Positions 40,394 through 49,969 are shown, counted from the stretch's first letter. The stretch: DNA of 64,000 nt from Bacteroidales bacterium UBA5762 (GCA_002418865.1 DIEY01000002.1:32824-96823), one strand, 5' to 3'. Numbers and translations: made by a program. Notes: a model not told the origin generated them from the letters alone.

Positions 40394-40415
40394 ACCGATA
40401 CTTTTGTCATCGGGT

Positions 40416-41555
40416 TTACTTGATGGTATATTGCATAGTCGCGAGGTCAACCTTAACGGTGTAGGTACCTGCTGTAGAAGGACAGGGGATAGAGGGAGGG
40501 TCTGGTTCGCTTTCTGTAGGTCTAAGTACGAGTGGACCTCCGCTTGAGGTGCCAGTCTCGTCGGTTCCATACTGAGGAGCCCACTGACCAAGAACCTCTA
40601 TGAATTTCAAAAACTTTCCTTCTCCACCGAGTTCTATGCTAATCTCGAAGATACCTGGCGACAACTTAGGCATTGGGATGGCATTAGCGTTATCCCATCC
40701 GGCAGGGGTACCATCTCCAAGAATATAAAGCTGAGGAGAAGCAGGTGTAATGGTATAAATCAGATTAACCGTATCGGCTACTATCCGATAGTCACCGCTA
40801 ACATCGGGAGCAGGAATAGCAGGAGGATCAGCAACTGTTTCATCAGGACGATATACTAATGGACCAGACTGCCAGGTTCCAGAAGCATCGGTTCCCCATT
40901 GTGGTGCCCAGGCACCCAGACGAGAAATGAATTTAATATACATATCCGTTCCGGCTGTCAAGTTAGCCACAATAGCAAACTTTCCTTCGCCTATCCAGCT
41001 CATCTCCAATGCTTTTGTATTATCCCAACCTGCTTCGGTGGCACTTCCAAGCAGATAAATTGGTTTAATATGGATAGCCGCAGAATAAGGAGTAATGCTT
41101 ACTTTCACAACATCAGAATAGGTACTCTCAGCTCCTGTATTGTCTACAATAAATGAGTTAACCCTAAAATAGATATCATGAGGTACATCGGGTTGCAATC
41201 CTAAGATGGTAAGTAAAATGTTATTCAATGCTCCATAGCTAATGGAAAAGGAAACATCTTCAGAGCTAACCAAAGTATGAGGCTTGGGGAAAGTAGCGGA
41301 AGTATCCATCTGCAAAATATACTTAGTAGCTGGAAGATTATCCAGATTGTAAATCGTAGGGCTCCATATTATATCCAAAGAATTGGTATTTTGAGCCTCG
41401 AGGAGGACTAGTTCACTACCGTTGGCAGGTGTAGAAATTACAGGTTTTTGGGTGAGACTCATATCGAGCACCTGATCTTTATTTTCGTCGGAACAAGCTG
41501 TAAACAAAAGGCTGAGTCCCATCAATATCGATAAAAAAACAACAGGTTTTTTCAT
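40416..41555 (-). CDS. SusE/SusF-like outer-membrane glycan-binding lipoprotein
   Basis: Lipobox (LFTACSDENKD) and an N-terminal SusE-like segment (PVISTPANGSELVL...IIWSP...YILQMD). Two C-terminal Ig-like units follow (IYLLGSATEAGWDNTKALEM..., LYILGDGTPAGWDNANAIPM...QWAPQYGTD). It is the third gene after susC and susD. Confidence 0.75.
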   Translation of the reverse strand: MKKPVVFLSILMGLSLLFTACSDENKDQVLDMSLTQKPVISTPANGSELVLLEAQNTNSLDIIWSPTIYNLDNLPATKYILQMDTSATFPKPHTLVSSEDVSFSISYGALNNILLTILGLQPDVPHDIYFRVNSFIVDNTGAESTYSDVVKVSITPYSAAIHIKPIYLLGSATEAGWDNTKALEMSWIGEGKFAIVANLTAGTDMYIKFISRLGAWAPQWGTDASGTWQSGPLVYRPDETVADPPAIPAPDVSGDYRIVADTVNLIYTITPASPQLYILGDGTPAGWDNANAIPMPKLSPGIFEISIELGGEGKFLKFIEVLGQWAPQYGTDETGTSSGGPLVLRPTESEPDPPSIPCPSTAGTYTVKVDLATMQYTIK

Positions 41556-41576
41556 ATTACAAACATTTAGAGATTT

Positions 41577-43799
41577 TTAATATAGATCTGAATTTTGTTT
41601 GAGGTTAGGATTAGCTCCCAAGTCGGATGAAGGAATGGGGAAAAGGTTGAGATGAGGAGAAGTTTTAGTTCCATCGGGTACTTTACCTTTCCAAGGCCAT
41701 ACATAAGAGCCATCAGTAAACTGACCAAAGCGGATCAAATCAGTACGGCGGTGGCCTTCCCAATAAAGCTCTCGTGCCCGTTCATCGAGAATGAAATCCA
41801 ATGTGAGCTGGCTGGCCGTAATATTTCCACTTGTTTCACCACCATAAGCACGTTTCCGAACTTCATTCACATAATTCAGGGCATCACTCAGACTACCATT
41901 AGTAGCACCACGAAGTACTGCTTCGGCATACATTAAGTAAGCATCGGCAAGGCGGAACATGGGAAAATCTGTATCCACATAATTGAGATCGCTGCCAGGG
42001 GTTCCGTCACGTTTTATGTTTTTCCATTTTGTAACTGCCCAACCATTGGTGAAATCTTCTATATTATCGATCTCAAGCGATTGGCCATCGGTAAAAAACA
42101 TGGCACGATGATCATAGCTGGTACGTTCTATTACATAAGTATAGTCGGGAATGCCCAGTTTAAGACTAATCATATAGGTGCCACTTTGCGTTATAAGAAT
42201 ATTATCTCCCCCATAATCGAGTATTCCATCTGGATTTGGTCCAGTATCTCCCAAGTTGATGTCCCATGCATTGTTAGCTCTGAATTTGAAGCTGCCAGCC
42301 GTAAGATCGAGGGTAATGGTCCACAATTTACTCGTAGGATCATAAGTCATCATTTGGTCTGAATCCCAGCCGCCAGGAGTAGCATCACCTATAATGCCCC
42401 AATCGGTTTTTTCAATGGTATAAGTTAAGGCATTCAGATCAACATTGATTTTATAATAACCTGGCTCGGCTGCCACAATATTATCATCAGCATTGAGTTC
42501 GAGTGTTCCATCAGCTCCAACGTCTCCATAGTTTACGTCCCAATTGGGGCCTGTTGTAAACTTGAATTCGGTGTTGGCCGTAGGAAAATACAAATAACCT
42601 TCATAAGTATTATCGCTTAGCTTGGAGGCGAGTACAGTTTCTGTATTAGCAGGATCCCAGCCTTGATAGCTACCAGGTACATAAATTACAGGATAATCGG
42701 CTTTTTTTAGTTTTTTGTTAGGATTGGGAGAAACTCGCAGGCTTGAAGTAGCATCGGGATAGAATTTATAGACAAAGGCCTTGGTTGCGCGTGTACCACC
42801 CCAGCCACCATTTACCCCATACTGCATAGGATCCATTTTTCCACCAATAGCAGCATGGACCAGAAAAGTCGTTCCTCCCCAGGTCTGGGTCCTCAATCCA
42901 TCAAAGTTGATAGAAAAAATAACTTCGTTGTTATGATCATTATCGGCCATAAAGAGATATTCGTAATTTGGCTCGAGCGAATATCCAGCATCTATGATTC
43001 TTTGAGTGTAAGTAACTACCTCATCATAGTGTTTAACTCCGGTATAAACTTCTGAGTTGAGGTATAATTTAGCTAAAAGCATCCAAACTGCAGCTTTATC
43101 GGCACGGCCATATTCATTTTGGCGAGCATCGATCATTAAAGGTTCTATCTCGAGTAATTCCGATTCGATATACTCGAAAAGATCTTGACGGCTGATTTGA
43201 GGTGGAAAGAATGAACCTACGGGGTCATTTTCAGTTACGAAAGGAACAGTACCAAACATATCGAGGGCATGATAATAACTCAAAGCGCGCATGAAACGAG
43301 CTTCAGCACGATAATGTTCTATATCAGTACGAAGGCTGCCGGTCACATTGCGCTCATCGAGTTTAGCATCAGTTGTTTCTCTAATGAATTCATTGCAGAG
43401 TGTAATCTGATAGAATATGCGATAGTAGAAGGCTGAGATGAATACATCACCAGCGCCCCAAGTCTGCCAGTGGAAATCTTTTATGGTCTGGTCGTTCCAT
43501 CCAATAATGGCTTCATCAGTAGTGAGTTCCTGATGATACCAATATCCACGCAAATATTGCCCGAATCCTTCGTCTATGCCACTAATATCGGGCATTCCCG
43601 AAGGGCCCTGTTGACCTGAGACAGCCAGGCCAGCATAAATCTTAGCAAGAATCTGTTTATAGGCTTTAGGATTTTCATATACCTGAGCCGAAGTAACTAC
43701 ATCCTTGTCAATTGGAACCGTATCAAGGTCCTTAGTGCAGGAAGCCATAACAAAGCTCATCCCTGCAAAAATTAAAAAGAATTTACTGAACTTATTCAT
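41577..43799 (-). CDS. susD: SusD/RagB-family nutrient-binding lipoprotein with an internal ~195-aa tandem SusE/F-like insertion
   Basis: Lipobox (VMASCTKD) and SusD hallmarks at both ends (RAEARFMRALSYYHALDMFG; FPMFRLADAYLMYAEAVLRG; ERARELYWEGHRRTDLIRF). Length is 740 aa. It sits directly downstream of susC. Confidence 0.85.
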   Translation of the reverse strand: MNKFSKFFLIFAGMSFVMASCTKDLDTVPIDKDVVTSAQVYENPKAYKQILAKIYAGLAVSGQQGPSGMPDISGIDEGFGQYLRGYWYHQELTTDEAIIGWNDQTIKDFHWQTWGAGDVFISAFYYRIFYQITLCNEFIRETTDAKLDERNVTGSLRTDIEHYRAEARFMRALSYYHALDMFGTVPFVTENDPVGSFFPPQISRQDLFEYIESELLEIEPLMIDARQNEYGRADKAAVWMLLAKLYLNSEVYTGVKHYDEVVTYTQRIIDAGYSLEPNYEYLFMADNDHNNEVIFSINFDGLRTQTWGGTTFLVHAAIGGKMDPMQYGVNGGWGGTRATKAFVYKFYPDATSSLRVSPNPNKKLKKADYPVIYVPGSYQGWDPANTETVLASKLSDNTYEGYLYFPTANTEFKFTTGPNWDVNYGDVGADGTLELNADDNIVAAEPGYYKINVDLNALTYTIEKTDWGIIGDATPGGWDSDQMMTYDPTSKLWTITLDLTAGSFKFRANNAWDINLGDTGPNPDGILDYGGDNILITQSGTYMISLKLGIPDYTYVIERTSYDHRAMFFTDGQSLEIDNIEDFTNGWAVTKWKNIKRDGTPGSDLNYVDTDFPMFRLADAYLMYAEAVLRGATNGSLSDALNYVNEVRKRAYGGETSGNITASQLTLDFILDERARELYWEGHRRTDLIRFGQFTDGSYVWPWKGKVPDGTKTSPHLNLFPIPSSDLGANPNLKQNSDLY

Positions 43800-43818
43800 A
43801 TGAGCTGTTTTTTATCGG

Positions 43819-46812
43819 TTAAAATATTAAGTTAAGACCAAGAACGAATACCCGCGTACGAGGATACATGCTATAGTCGATTCCACTGAAGATTTCAGGA
43901 TCGAGACCCTTATACTCGGTAATGGTAAATACGTTGTTGACTGTAGCTGATAAACGCAGCTTGGCCCCGGTGTTAAACAATTTATCGAAGGTATAACCCA
44001 GAGCTATATTATCCAGCTTGAAAAAGGAAGCATTCTTGATGTAATAATCAGAGAGATATTGAGGAACTTTAAAAGCAGTTTCGGCAACATCGGCACTTAC
44101 ATTGGCCAGATAAGGTCCTTCGGGGCGGTACAAACGTTCGTAGGTTGAATTGTTAGAGCTAAAGTTGTCATATACATAATTACCTATGTTAGCCCGGCCA
44201 CTGAAGACAAAATCCCAATTCTTATATTGCATACGACTGTTAATACCGAGGTAAACATCGGCAGCAGGCTTTTTATATTGATACCTATCATCGTCATTGA
44301 TTTTTCCATCCTTATTGCGGTCAACATAAAGGCCTTCAATGGGTTTTCCATTGGCATCGTAAACCTGTTCGTAAACGAAGAAACTGTTAGAAGGATATCC
44401 TACCGAGTGAATTTGGATGGTATTTCCCACACCACCAGAAATAATACCTACGAGCACGCCTAAATAGTTAGGATCGTCGCTTGCTGTAAGTTTGGTAATT
44501 TTATTCTTATTATAGGTGGCATTAACTCCCAAATCCCAGTAGAAATCGGGGCCAACAAATGGTTTGCCATTAATAGAAAACTCTACTCCCTTATTTTCGA
44601 GGTCGCCTACATTGGTAGTAATATAGTTAGAAAGATTAGAACCTGCCGGTACGGGAATAAAATTAATCAAGTCTTTGGTTTTTCTCCAATAAACATCTAA
44701 TGAACCATAAATTCTATCATTTACAAAACCAAAGTCCAAACCTATATTGGTAGTTGTGGTTTCTTCCCATTTAATATTGGGATCATAACCTTCTGGACGC
44801 AGGGTAATCAAGGTATCTGTACCCAAGATGTAGGAAGCAGTACCCCACGAACCGGTATAACGAGCCAAATAAGGATAATCATCATTAGTAATGTTTTGTT
44901 GACCCGTGATACCCCAACCCAAACGAAGTTTCAACTGGGATAGGGTTTTCACATTTTTCATCCAAGGCTCATCCATGATTCTCCATGCCAAGGCAACCGA
45001 TGGGAACAAACCCCAACGATTATCCTTTGAAAATCTCGAAGAACCATCATCACGTAAAGTAAAAGTAAGCAAATACCTGTCAAACAAGGAATAATTGAAT
45101 CTTGTGAAAAACGAGACTAAATAATATTCGCTTTTATTTGAGCTTGTATCGAAAATCCTTTCTTGAATAAAGAAAGGTCCATTCAAGTCGTTAGTAGTAG
45201 AATTGGTATCTTCTCTGTAGAAATGTTGCCATGAATAACCACCCATGATATCGAATTTGCTATAAATGGAAGGAACTTCCTTAACGTAATTCAAAGTAAA
45301 ATCGAGCAATTCATTACGTTTCTCCTGGGTATATTTTGTATTGGTACCTCCTCCGTATTGAGGATCGAACGCAAAAGCGGCATTCCCAGGCACATAAACC
45401 GTTCCCTCAGACTTAGAATAATCGAGGCCAAGGTTAAGATTGGCTCTTAATTCGGGCAGGAAGGGCATTTTATAATCGAACTGGGCGTTTCCTAAAAAGC
45501 GGCTAACATCAGCATTATCATGTCTTTGTTCGAGCAAAGCTACGGGATTATCAGTAGCCTGATCTACAGGATTTCCGTTGGCCTGAAGCCATGTCCAGTA
45601 TCCACCATAGGCGTTAGAGTCGTAAACAGGTTTGGTGGGGTCCATCTGAATGGCCGAACCAATAGCACCTTCATTGGCAAACCGCTGGTCAATAAACATT
45701 CCCTTACCATTAAGATTGATTTTCAGATTGTCGTCGAAAAGGGATGGATTTAAATTAAGGCCAAAGGATGTTCTTTGCATGTTATCGGTTTTGAGGATAC
45801 CATCGTAATTAGCATAAGCCACAGAAGCACGATAGGGCAAGGCTCCAATGGCACCAGTTGCACTTACTGTATGATCATGCCCGAATGAGGAACGATAAAT
45901 TTCATCTTGCCAATCGGTGTTAGCATCTCCAAGCAGTGCGAGAACTTCGGGTCTATCGGCATAGCGTTCATTAATGATGGTTCTGAATTGATCACCATCG
46001 AAGACTTCACGCTTTTGGGGGATAGTATAAAGGGAAAAAACTCCATTATATTCGAATTGTGGTGCTTTTTTCCCTGGGGTTAAACTACCCTTTTTTGTCG
46101 TAATGATAATGACTCCATTCGAGGCACGATTCCCGTAAATTGCTGCTGCCGAGGCATCTTTCAAAATAGTAAAGGTCTCGATGTCGTTTGGGTTGATAGT
46201 ACTTAATTGATCGCGTGTTCCTGAAATACCAATATTGTCAAGAGGAACACCATCTACGACAATAAGAGGATCATTGCTTGCCGACAAAGAAGAACCTCCA
46301 CGAATACGGATAGTGGCTCCAGAACCTGGTGCGCCGCTATTTGTAACTATCTGTACTCCGGCAGTTTTCCCAGCCATTAGCTCGAGAGGATTAGTTATAC
46401 TTCCTCTATTGAAATCTTCGGTGCTAACAGCCGTTACCGAACCCGTTGCATCCCCCTTCTTCACCTGTCCATATCCTATGACCAAGACCTGATCAAGACT
46501 AGTGATGGTAGGCGATAAAGCAACATTAAGAGTTTGAGAGGTTTCAATCACAAATTCCTGAGTTTGGTAACCTACAAAGGAAAAAGCGAGCGTAGATCCT
46601 TTAGGTACGGTAATACTGTAATTACCGTTGATGTCAGTAACTGTACCTGTAGTAGTGTTTTTCACTACAATGGTAACTCCTGGTAGCGTGGTTCCATCAG
46701 AAGCATCTGTTACCTTTCCCTTTACTGTAAGCTGCTGCCCAAACGAAGATAAGGCAATGCCTGTGAAAAAGAAAAGAAACAGTACTTTCAGTAACTTAGC
46801 ATGTTTCATCAT
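43819..46812 (-). CDS. susC: SusC/RagA-family TonB-dependent outer membrane transporter
   Basis: Signal peptide, carboxypeptidase-regulatory-like domain (VKGKVTDASDGTTLPGVTIVVKNTTTGTVTDINGNYSI), plug (VIGYGQVKKGDATGSVTAV; IRIRGGSSLSASNDPLIVVDGVP), and a beta-barrel ending LGLNLIF. Confidence 0.93.
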   Translation of the reverse strand: MMKHAKLLKVLFLFFFTGIALSSFGQQLTVKGKVTDASDGTTLPGVTIVVKNTTTGTVTDINGNYSITVPKGSTLAFSFVGYQTQEFVIETSQTLNVALSPTITSLDQVLVIGYGQVKKGDATGSVTAVSTEDFNRGSITNPLELMAGKTAGVQIVTNSGAPGSGATIRIRGGSSLSASNDPLIVVDGVPLDNIGISGTRDQLSTINPNDIETFTILKDASAAAIYGNRASNGVIIITTKKGSLTPGKKAPQFEYNGVFSLYTIPQKREVFDGDQFRTIINERYADRPEVLALLGDANTDWQDEIYRSSFGHDHTVSATGAIGALPYRASVAYANYDGILKTDNMQRTSFGLNLNPSLFDDNLKINLNGKGMFIDQRFANEGAIGSAIQMDPTKPVYDSNAYGGYWTWLQANGNPVDQATDNPVALLEQRHDNADVSRFLGNAQFDYKMPFLPELRANLNLGLDYSKSEGTVYVPGNAAFAFDPQYGGGTNTKYTQEKRNELLDFTLNYVKEVPSIYSKFDIMGGYSWQHFYREDTNSTTNDLNGPFFIQERIFDTSSNKSEYYLVSFFTRFNYSLFDRYLLTFTLRDDGSSRFSKDNRWGLFPSVALAWRIMDEPWMKNVKTLSQLKLRLGWGITGQQNITNDDYPYLARYTGSWGTASYILGTDTLITLRPEGYDPNIKWEETTTTNIGLDFGFVNDRIYGSLDVYWRKTKDLINFIPVPAGSNLSNYITTNVGDLENKGVEFSINGKPFVGPDFYWDLGVNATYNKNKITKLTASDDPNYLGVLVGIISGGVGNTIQIHSVGYPSNSFFVYEQVYDANGKPIEGLYVDRNKDGKINDDDRYQYKKPAADVYLGINSRMQYKNWDFVFSGRANIGNYVYDNFSSNNSTYERLYRPEGPYLANVSADVAETAFKVPQYLSDYYIKNASFFKLDNIALGYTFDKLFNTGAKLRLSATVNNVFTITEYKGLDPEIFSGIDYSMYPRTRVFVLGLNLIF

Positions 46813-46934
46813 ACATCTGGTTTTAGTAATGGTTTAACATTAATTGATTAGATTATCATCTTGCTTCAGAAGAACTTTTCCTTTTCAGGAGAATTATTTC
46901 TGAAAACAAATGGTAAGTGTTAATTTTTCAGAAC

Positions 46935-46942
46935 CAAATTTA
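46935..46942 (-). promoter_or_regulatory. Possible -7 promoter box for susC
   Basis: TAAATTTG on the minus strand, ~123 nt upstream of the susC ATG. Confidence 0.3.
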
Positions 46943-47006
46943 CAACACTTTTACTATTCTTTTACAAATATGTTACACTGAAAATGAGATTTTTGAATTT
47001 TTTTTT

Positions 47007-47032
47007 GCGAAATCGATATCGCAAACGTTTGC
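47007..47032. promoter_or_regulatory. Candidate LacI-family operator: two abutting palindromes
   Basis: GCGAAATCGATATCGC (imperfect, centred on ATCGAT) overlaps the perfect 12-bp palindrome GCAAACGTTTGC. Both lie in the divergent susC / lacI-family intergenic region. Confidence 0.5.
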
Positions 47033-47136
47033 ATCAAGCAAATAAATAAATTATTTTCGTTGCTAAATTTATAAACCTTCAATATCTCTTTTGAAATCAA
47101 TAGACAAAAGATTAAACTATTGAAAATTAGGTCATT

Positions 47137-48144
47137 ATGAAAAATAAGGTAACCATTAAAGATATAGCTAAGGCATTGGGGGTGTCTATTTCAACGGTAT
47201 CGAGAGCACTTAAAGACCATCCCGATATTAGCGAATCTACCAAAACTCTCATTAAAAATTTTGCTCAGGAAATCAATTATCGTCCAAATGTTCTGGCTTT
47301 AAGTCTAAGACAGCAAAAAAGCCATACTATAGGGCTTATTATTCCCGAAATTGTTCATCATTTTTTCTCATCAGTTATAAGTGGCATGGAGGACTTAAGT
47401 TATAGGGAGGGATACAATATTATCATTTGTCAATCGACCGAGAATCAGTTTCGAGAAGCCGCAGCACTACAAACTTTAATAGATCATCGAGTGGATGGAA
47501 TTTTAATTTCTTTGAGCAAGTCGACACAAAATTTTTCACAATTCAAAAAAGCCATAGAAGAAGGATTCCCAATGGTGTTTTTCGATAGAATTTGTGAAAG
47601 TGTAGAAACCGATCGTGTAATAATGGATGATACAGAAGGAGGTCGTTTAGCAACAGAATACCTTATTGATAAAGGTTGCAGCAATATACTTCATTTGGCA
47701 GCATCATCCCATTTACTTATAGGGCGTTATCGCCGCGATGGATATATTCAGGCTTTGAAAGATCATCATCTACCTATTAAGGAAGAACTTATTCTGAAAT
47801 GTGATACTCAGGAGGAAGTGTTAACCCTTCAAAACCACCTTTATGAACTTTTGCCGCAAATTGATGGAGTTTTTGCGGTAAATGACAGCACTGCCATTGC
47901 TTTAATTCAAATTTTGAAAAAAAAAGGCTATCGCATTCCTCAAGATATTAGAGTAGTGGGATTTGGAGATGGACCTAACGCCACTATAGTAGAGCCTGCA
48001 CTCACCACCATCGAACAAAAGGGTTACGACATGGGCCGTGAATCGGTAAGGCTGCTGCTACAGCGCCTTAATAATCCCTCGGCTTCTATCAGTTATCAAA
48101 CTCGTGTTTTCCCGCCTACTCTTAAGATCAGAGAGTCTGCCTGA
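47137..48144 (+). CDS. LacI-family transcriptional regulator
   Basis: N-terminal HTH (VTIKDIAKALGVSISTVSRALKD) plus a periplasmic-binding-protein-like sugar-binding core. Confidence 0.93.
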   Translation: MKNKVTIKDIAKALGVSISTVSRALKDHPDISESTKTLIKNFAQEINYRPNVLALSLRQQKSHTIGLIIPEIVHHFFSSVISGMEDLSYREGYNIIICQSTENQFREAAALQTLIDHRVDGILISLSKSTQNFSQFKKAIEEGFPMVFFDRICESVETDRVIMDDTEGGRLATEYLIDKGCSNILHLAASSHLLIGRYRRDGYIQALKDHHLPIKEELILKCDTQEEVLTLQNHLYELLPQIDGVFAVNDSTAIALIQILKKKGYRIPQDIRVVGFGDGPNATIVEPALTTIEQKGYDMGRESVRLLLQRLNNPSASISYQTRVFPPTLKIRESA

Positions 48145-48618
48145 CAAATTCTTTCCTATTGTAGTTCACGACAGAATTTCTCTCTATTTTCAGAATGATA
48201 AATAAAAATTTGATTATCAATTAATTAAGCATAATGTATCATAATGCTTGCGTTCGGTCTATTGTTTGGCCGAAGAATTTGTTATTCATTCATGAAATGG
48301 TTGACCTTGATAAAATTCCTCTTTGAATGTTCATAATTCCATATATAAACTATATATTTATAGGTAATTAATGATTTATTTATTAATTTCTTTTGTTTTA
48401 TTTGGAAATCTGATTACTTTATATATACATTTGCATGAAAAATTCAAATTTCATTTATTTCGATTTTATCGAATTTCTATTTTTATGAGTTTAAAACCTG
48501 CGACAAATATTCTTTAATTTCAAATTATCACATCCATTTTCCATCAATAATCAAAAACAACATTATTGAACAACCTTTTTAATCAATTTATAAGTATCAC
48601 TCAAAATCCTTATCAACC

Positions 48619-49872
48619 ATGAAACATTTATTTCCTTTAATCAGCTTACTTCTACTCATTAGCCTCTTCAATATAGGCTGCAGTAAAGACGAAGAAGAAG
48701 AATCTAACGAACAGGTAGTCAATTATACTACCAGTTTTACCAATGTTGCTACCACCCTGCAAGATTTCATTATGAAAACACAGGTTTATGAAAGCTCAAA
48801 TTTCGATGAATTAACCTTAGATGAGACAAAGAAGGTCATCAATGACTTTATTGCTTCGGGCGAAAATTTCATCAAGAGTGTAGACGAGTATGAAAAGTAC
48901 AAGATAGGCACTAAAAGTTCCTCATGGCTGAAGAACACGATGGAATCGCCTTGTAGCATGTATGATGCCATTCCCGATGTAGGGAACGGAATATCGCCAG
49001 GATTCGTAAAAAATGTAGCCGATTTGATTGATGAAACCAAAGGTGAAGTTGATAAGCTAACAGAAATGGTAAATAATAATGAAATTGATGAAGAGACTTA
49101 TCAAGCTGCCTTGAATGAACTTGCTAAAATGAAAAAAGTCAAGGCTGCCAATTTTGGTATGAGTGCGATCCTGAGTACCGGAGCATCGGGTCTGACAGGG
49201 TTAGCAGTTTATAGTGTAGGAGGAGTTGGTTTAGCTATGAGTGCCCCGGCTATTCTTGGTGTAGCAGCCGTAGGTACTGTAGTGGGTACAAGTTATTATG
49301 TGATATCTAATTGGTGGTACGGAATCGAGAAAAATGGGCAGGACGATCAGATGGGCCAAATCATAGTCGCTTCCGGGAAAATTGGCGATCCTATTCCAAC
49401 TACTTTGCTTAAAGATGGCGCCAATTTAACAATTGCTATCTCTGGCTGCGTTCCGGTTTATATTCCCTCTTTCAAACTACCTGCTCAAGGGATGAAGAAA
49501 ACGATTGAAATTACCCCTGTTAAATTAGAAGACGCTACTCCAGAAACCCAAGTAGAAGTATGCACCATAGAAGAAGTTTATGTAGCCCAGAATTGTGAGG
49601 AGGTGCTTTATGTTACTGCCACACCTAATCCTCCCGACCCAGGCCCATATCAAGGTGTTACAGTAACTGCCACCATCTTCCCTTTTGTTAGCGGCTGCCA
49701 GATTTCATTTAGCATCGTTGGTACAGATGGATACACCAACAGCGAAACATATGAAACCGATGCCAATGGACAAGCCTCATTCTATATCCCTGGAGCCGAG
49801 GAAGGTGTTCATGATATCGTAACAATTACCGCTTCAAATGGAAATACGTATACCGTAACCTATACCTTCTAA
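48619..49872 (+). CDS. Hypothetical lipoprotein with an internal glycine-zipper hydrophobic hairpin and a C-terminal Ig-like (Big-type) domain
   Basis: Lipobox (LFNIGCSKDEEEE), a helical region, then a ~58-aa Gly/Ala-rich hydrophobic stretch (aa 176-234). The C-terminus VTVTATIFP..CQISFSIVGTDGYTN..TDANGQASFYIPG..ITASNGNTYTVTYTF resembles bacterial Ig-like domains. Confidence 0.7.
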   Translation: MKHLFPLISLLLLISLFNIGCSKDEEEESNEQVVNYTTSFTNVATTLQDFIMKTQVYESSNFDELTLDETKKVINDFIASGENFIKSVDEYEKYKIGTKSSSWLKNTMESPCSMYDAIPDVGNGISPGFVKNVADLIDETKGEVDKLTEMVNNNEIDEETYQAALNELAKMKKVKAANFGMSAILSTGASGLTGLAVYSVGGVGLAMSAPAILGVAAVGTVVGTSYYVISNWWYGIEKNGQDDQMGQIIVASGKIGDPIPTTLLKDGANLTIAISGCVPVYIPSFKLPAQGMKKTIEITPVKLEDATPETQVEVCTIEEVYVAQNCEEVLYVTATPNPPDPGPYQGVTVTATIFPFVSGCQISFSIVGTDGYTNSETYETDANGQASFYIPGAEEGVHDIVTITASNGNTYTVTYTF

Positions 49873-49897
49873 AACTTTAGCTCATATTTTGTTTCTC

Positions 49898-49929
49898 AAA
49901 AAAAGCTTTCGGCAACGAAGGCTTTTTTT
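49898..49929 (+). terminator. Intrinsic terminator after the lipoprotein gene
   Basis: Stem aagctttcg / cgaaggctt (one G-U pair) with a GCAA tetraloop, followed by T7. Confidence 0.75.
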
Positions 49930-49969
49930 GTAACATGCTCTGTGATTTTAGCTTAAATTTGTTTTCAAG

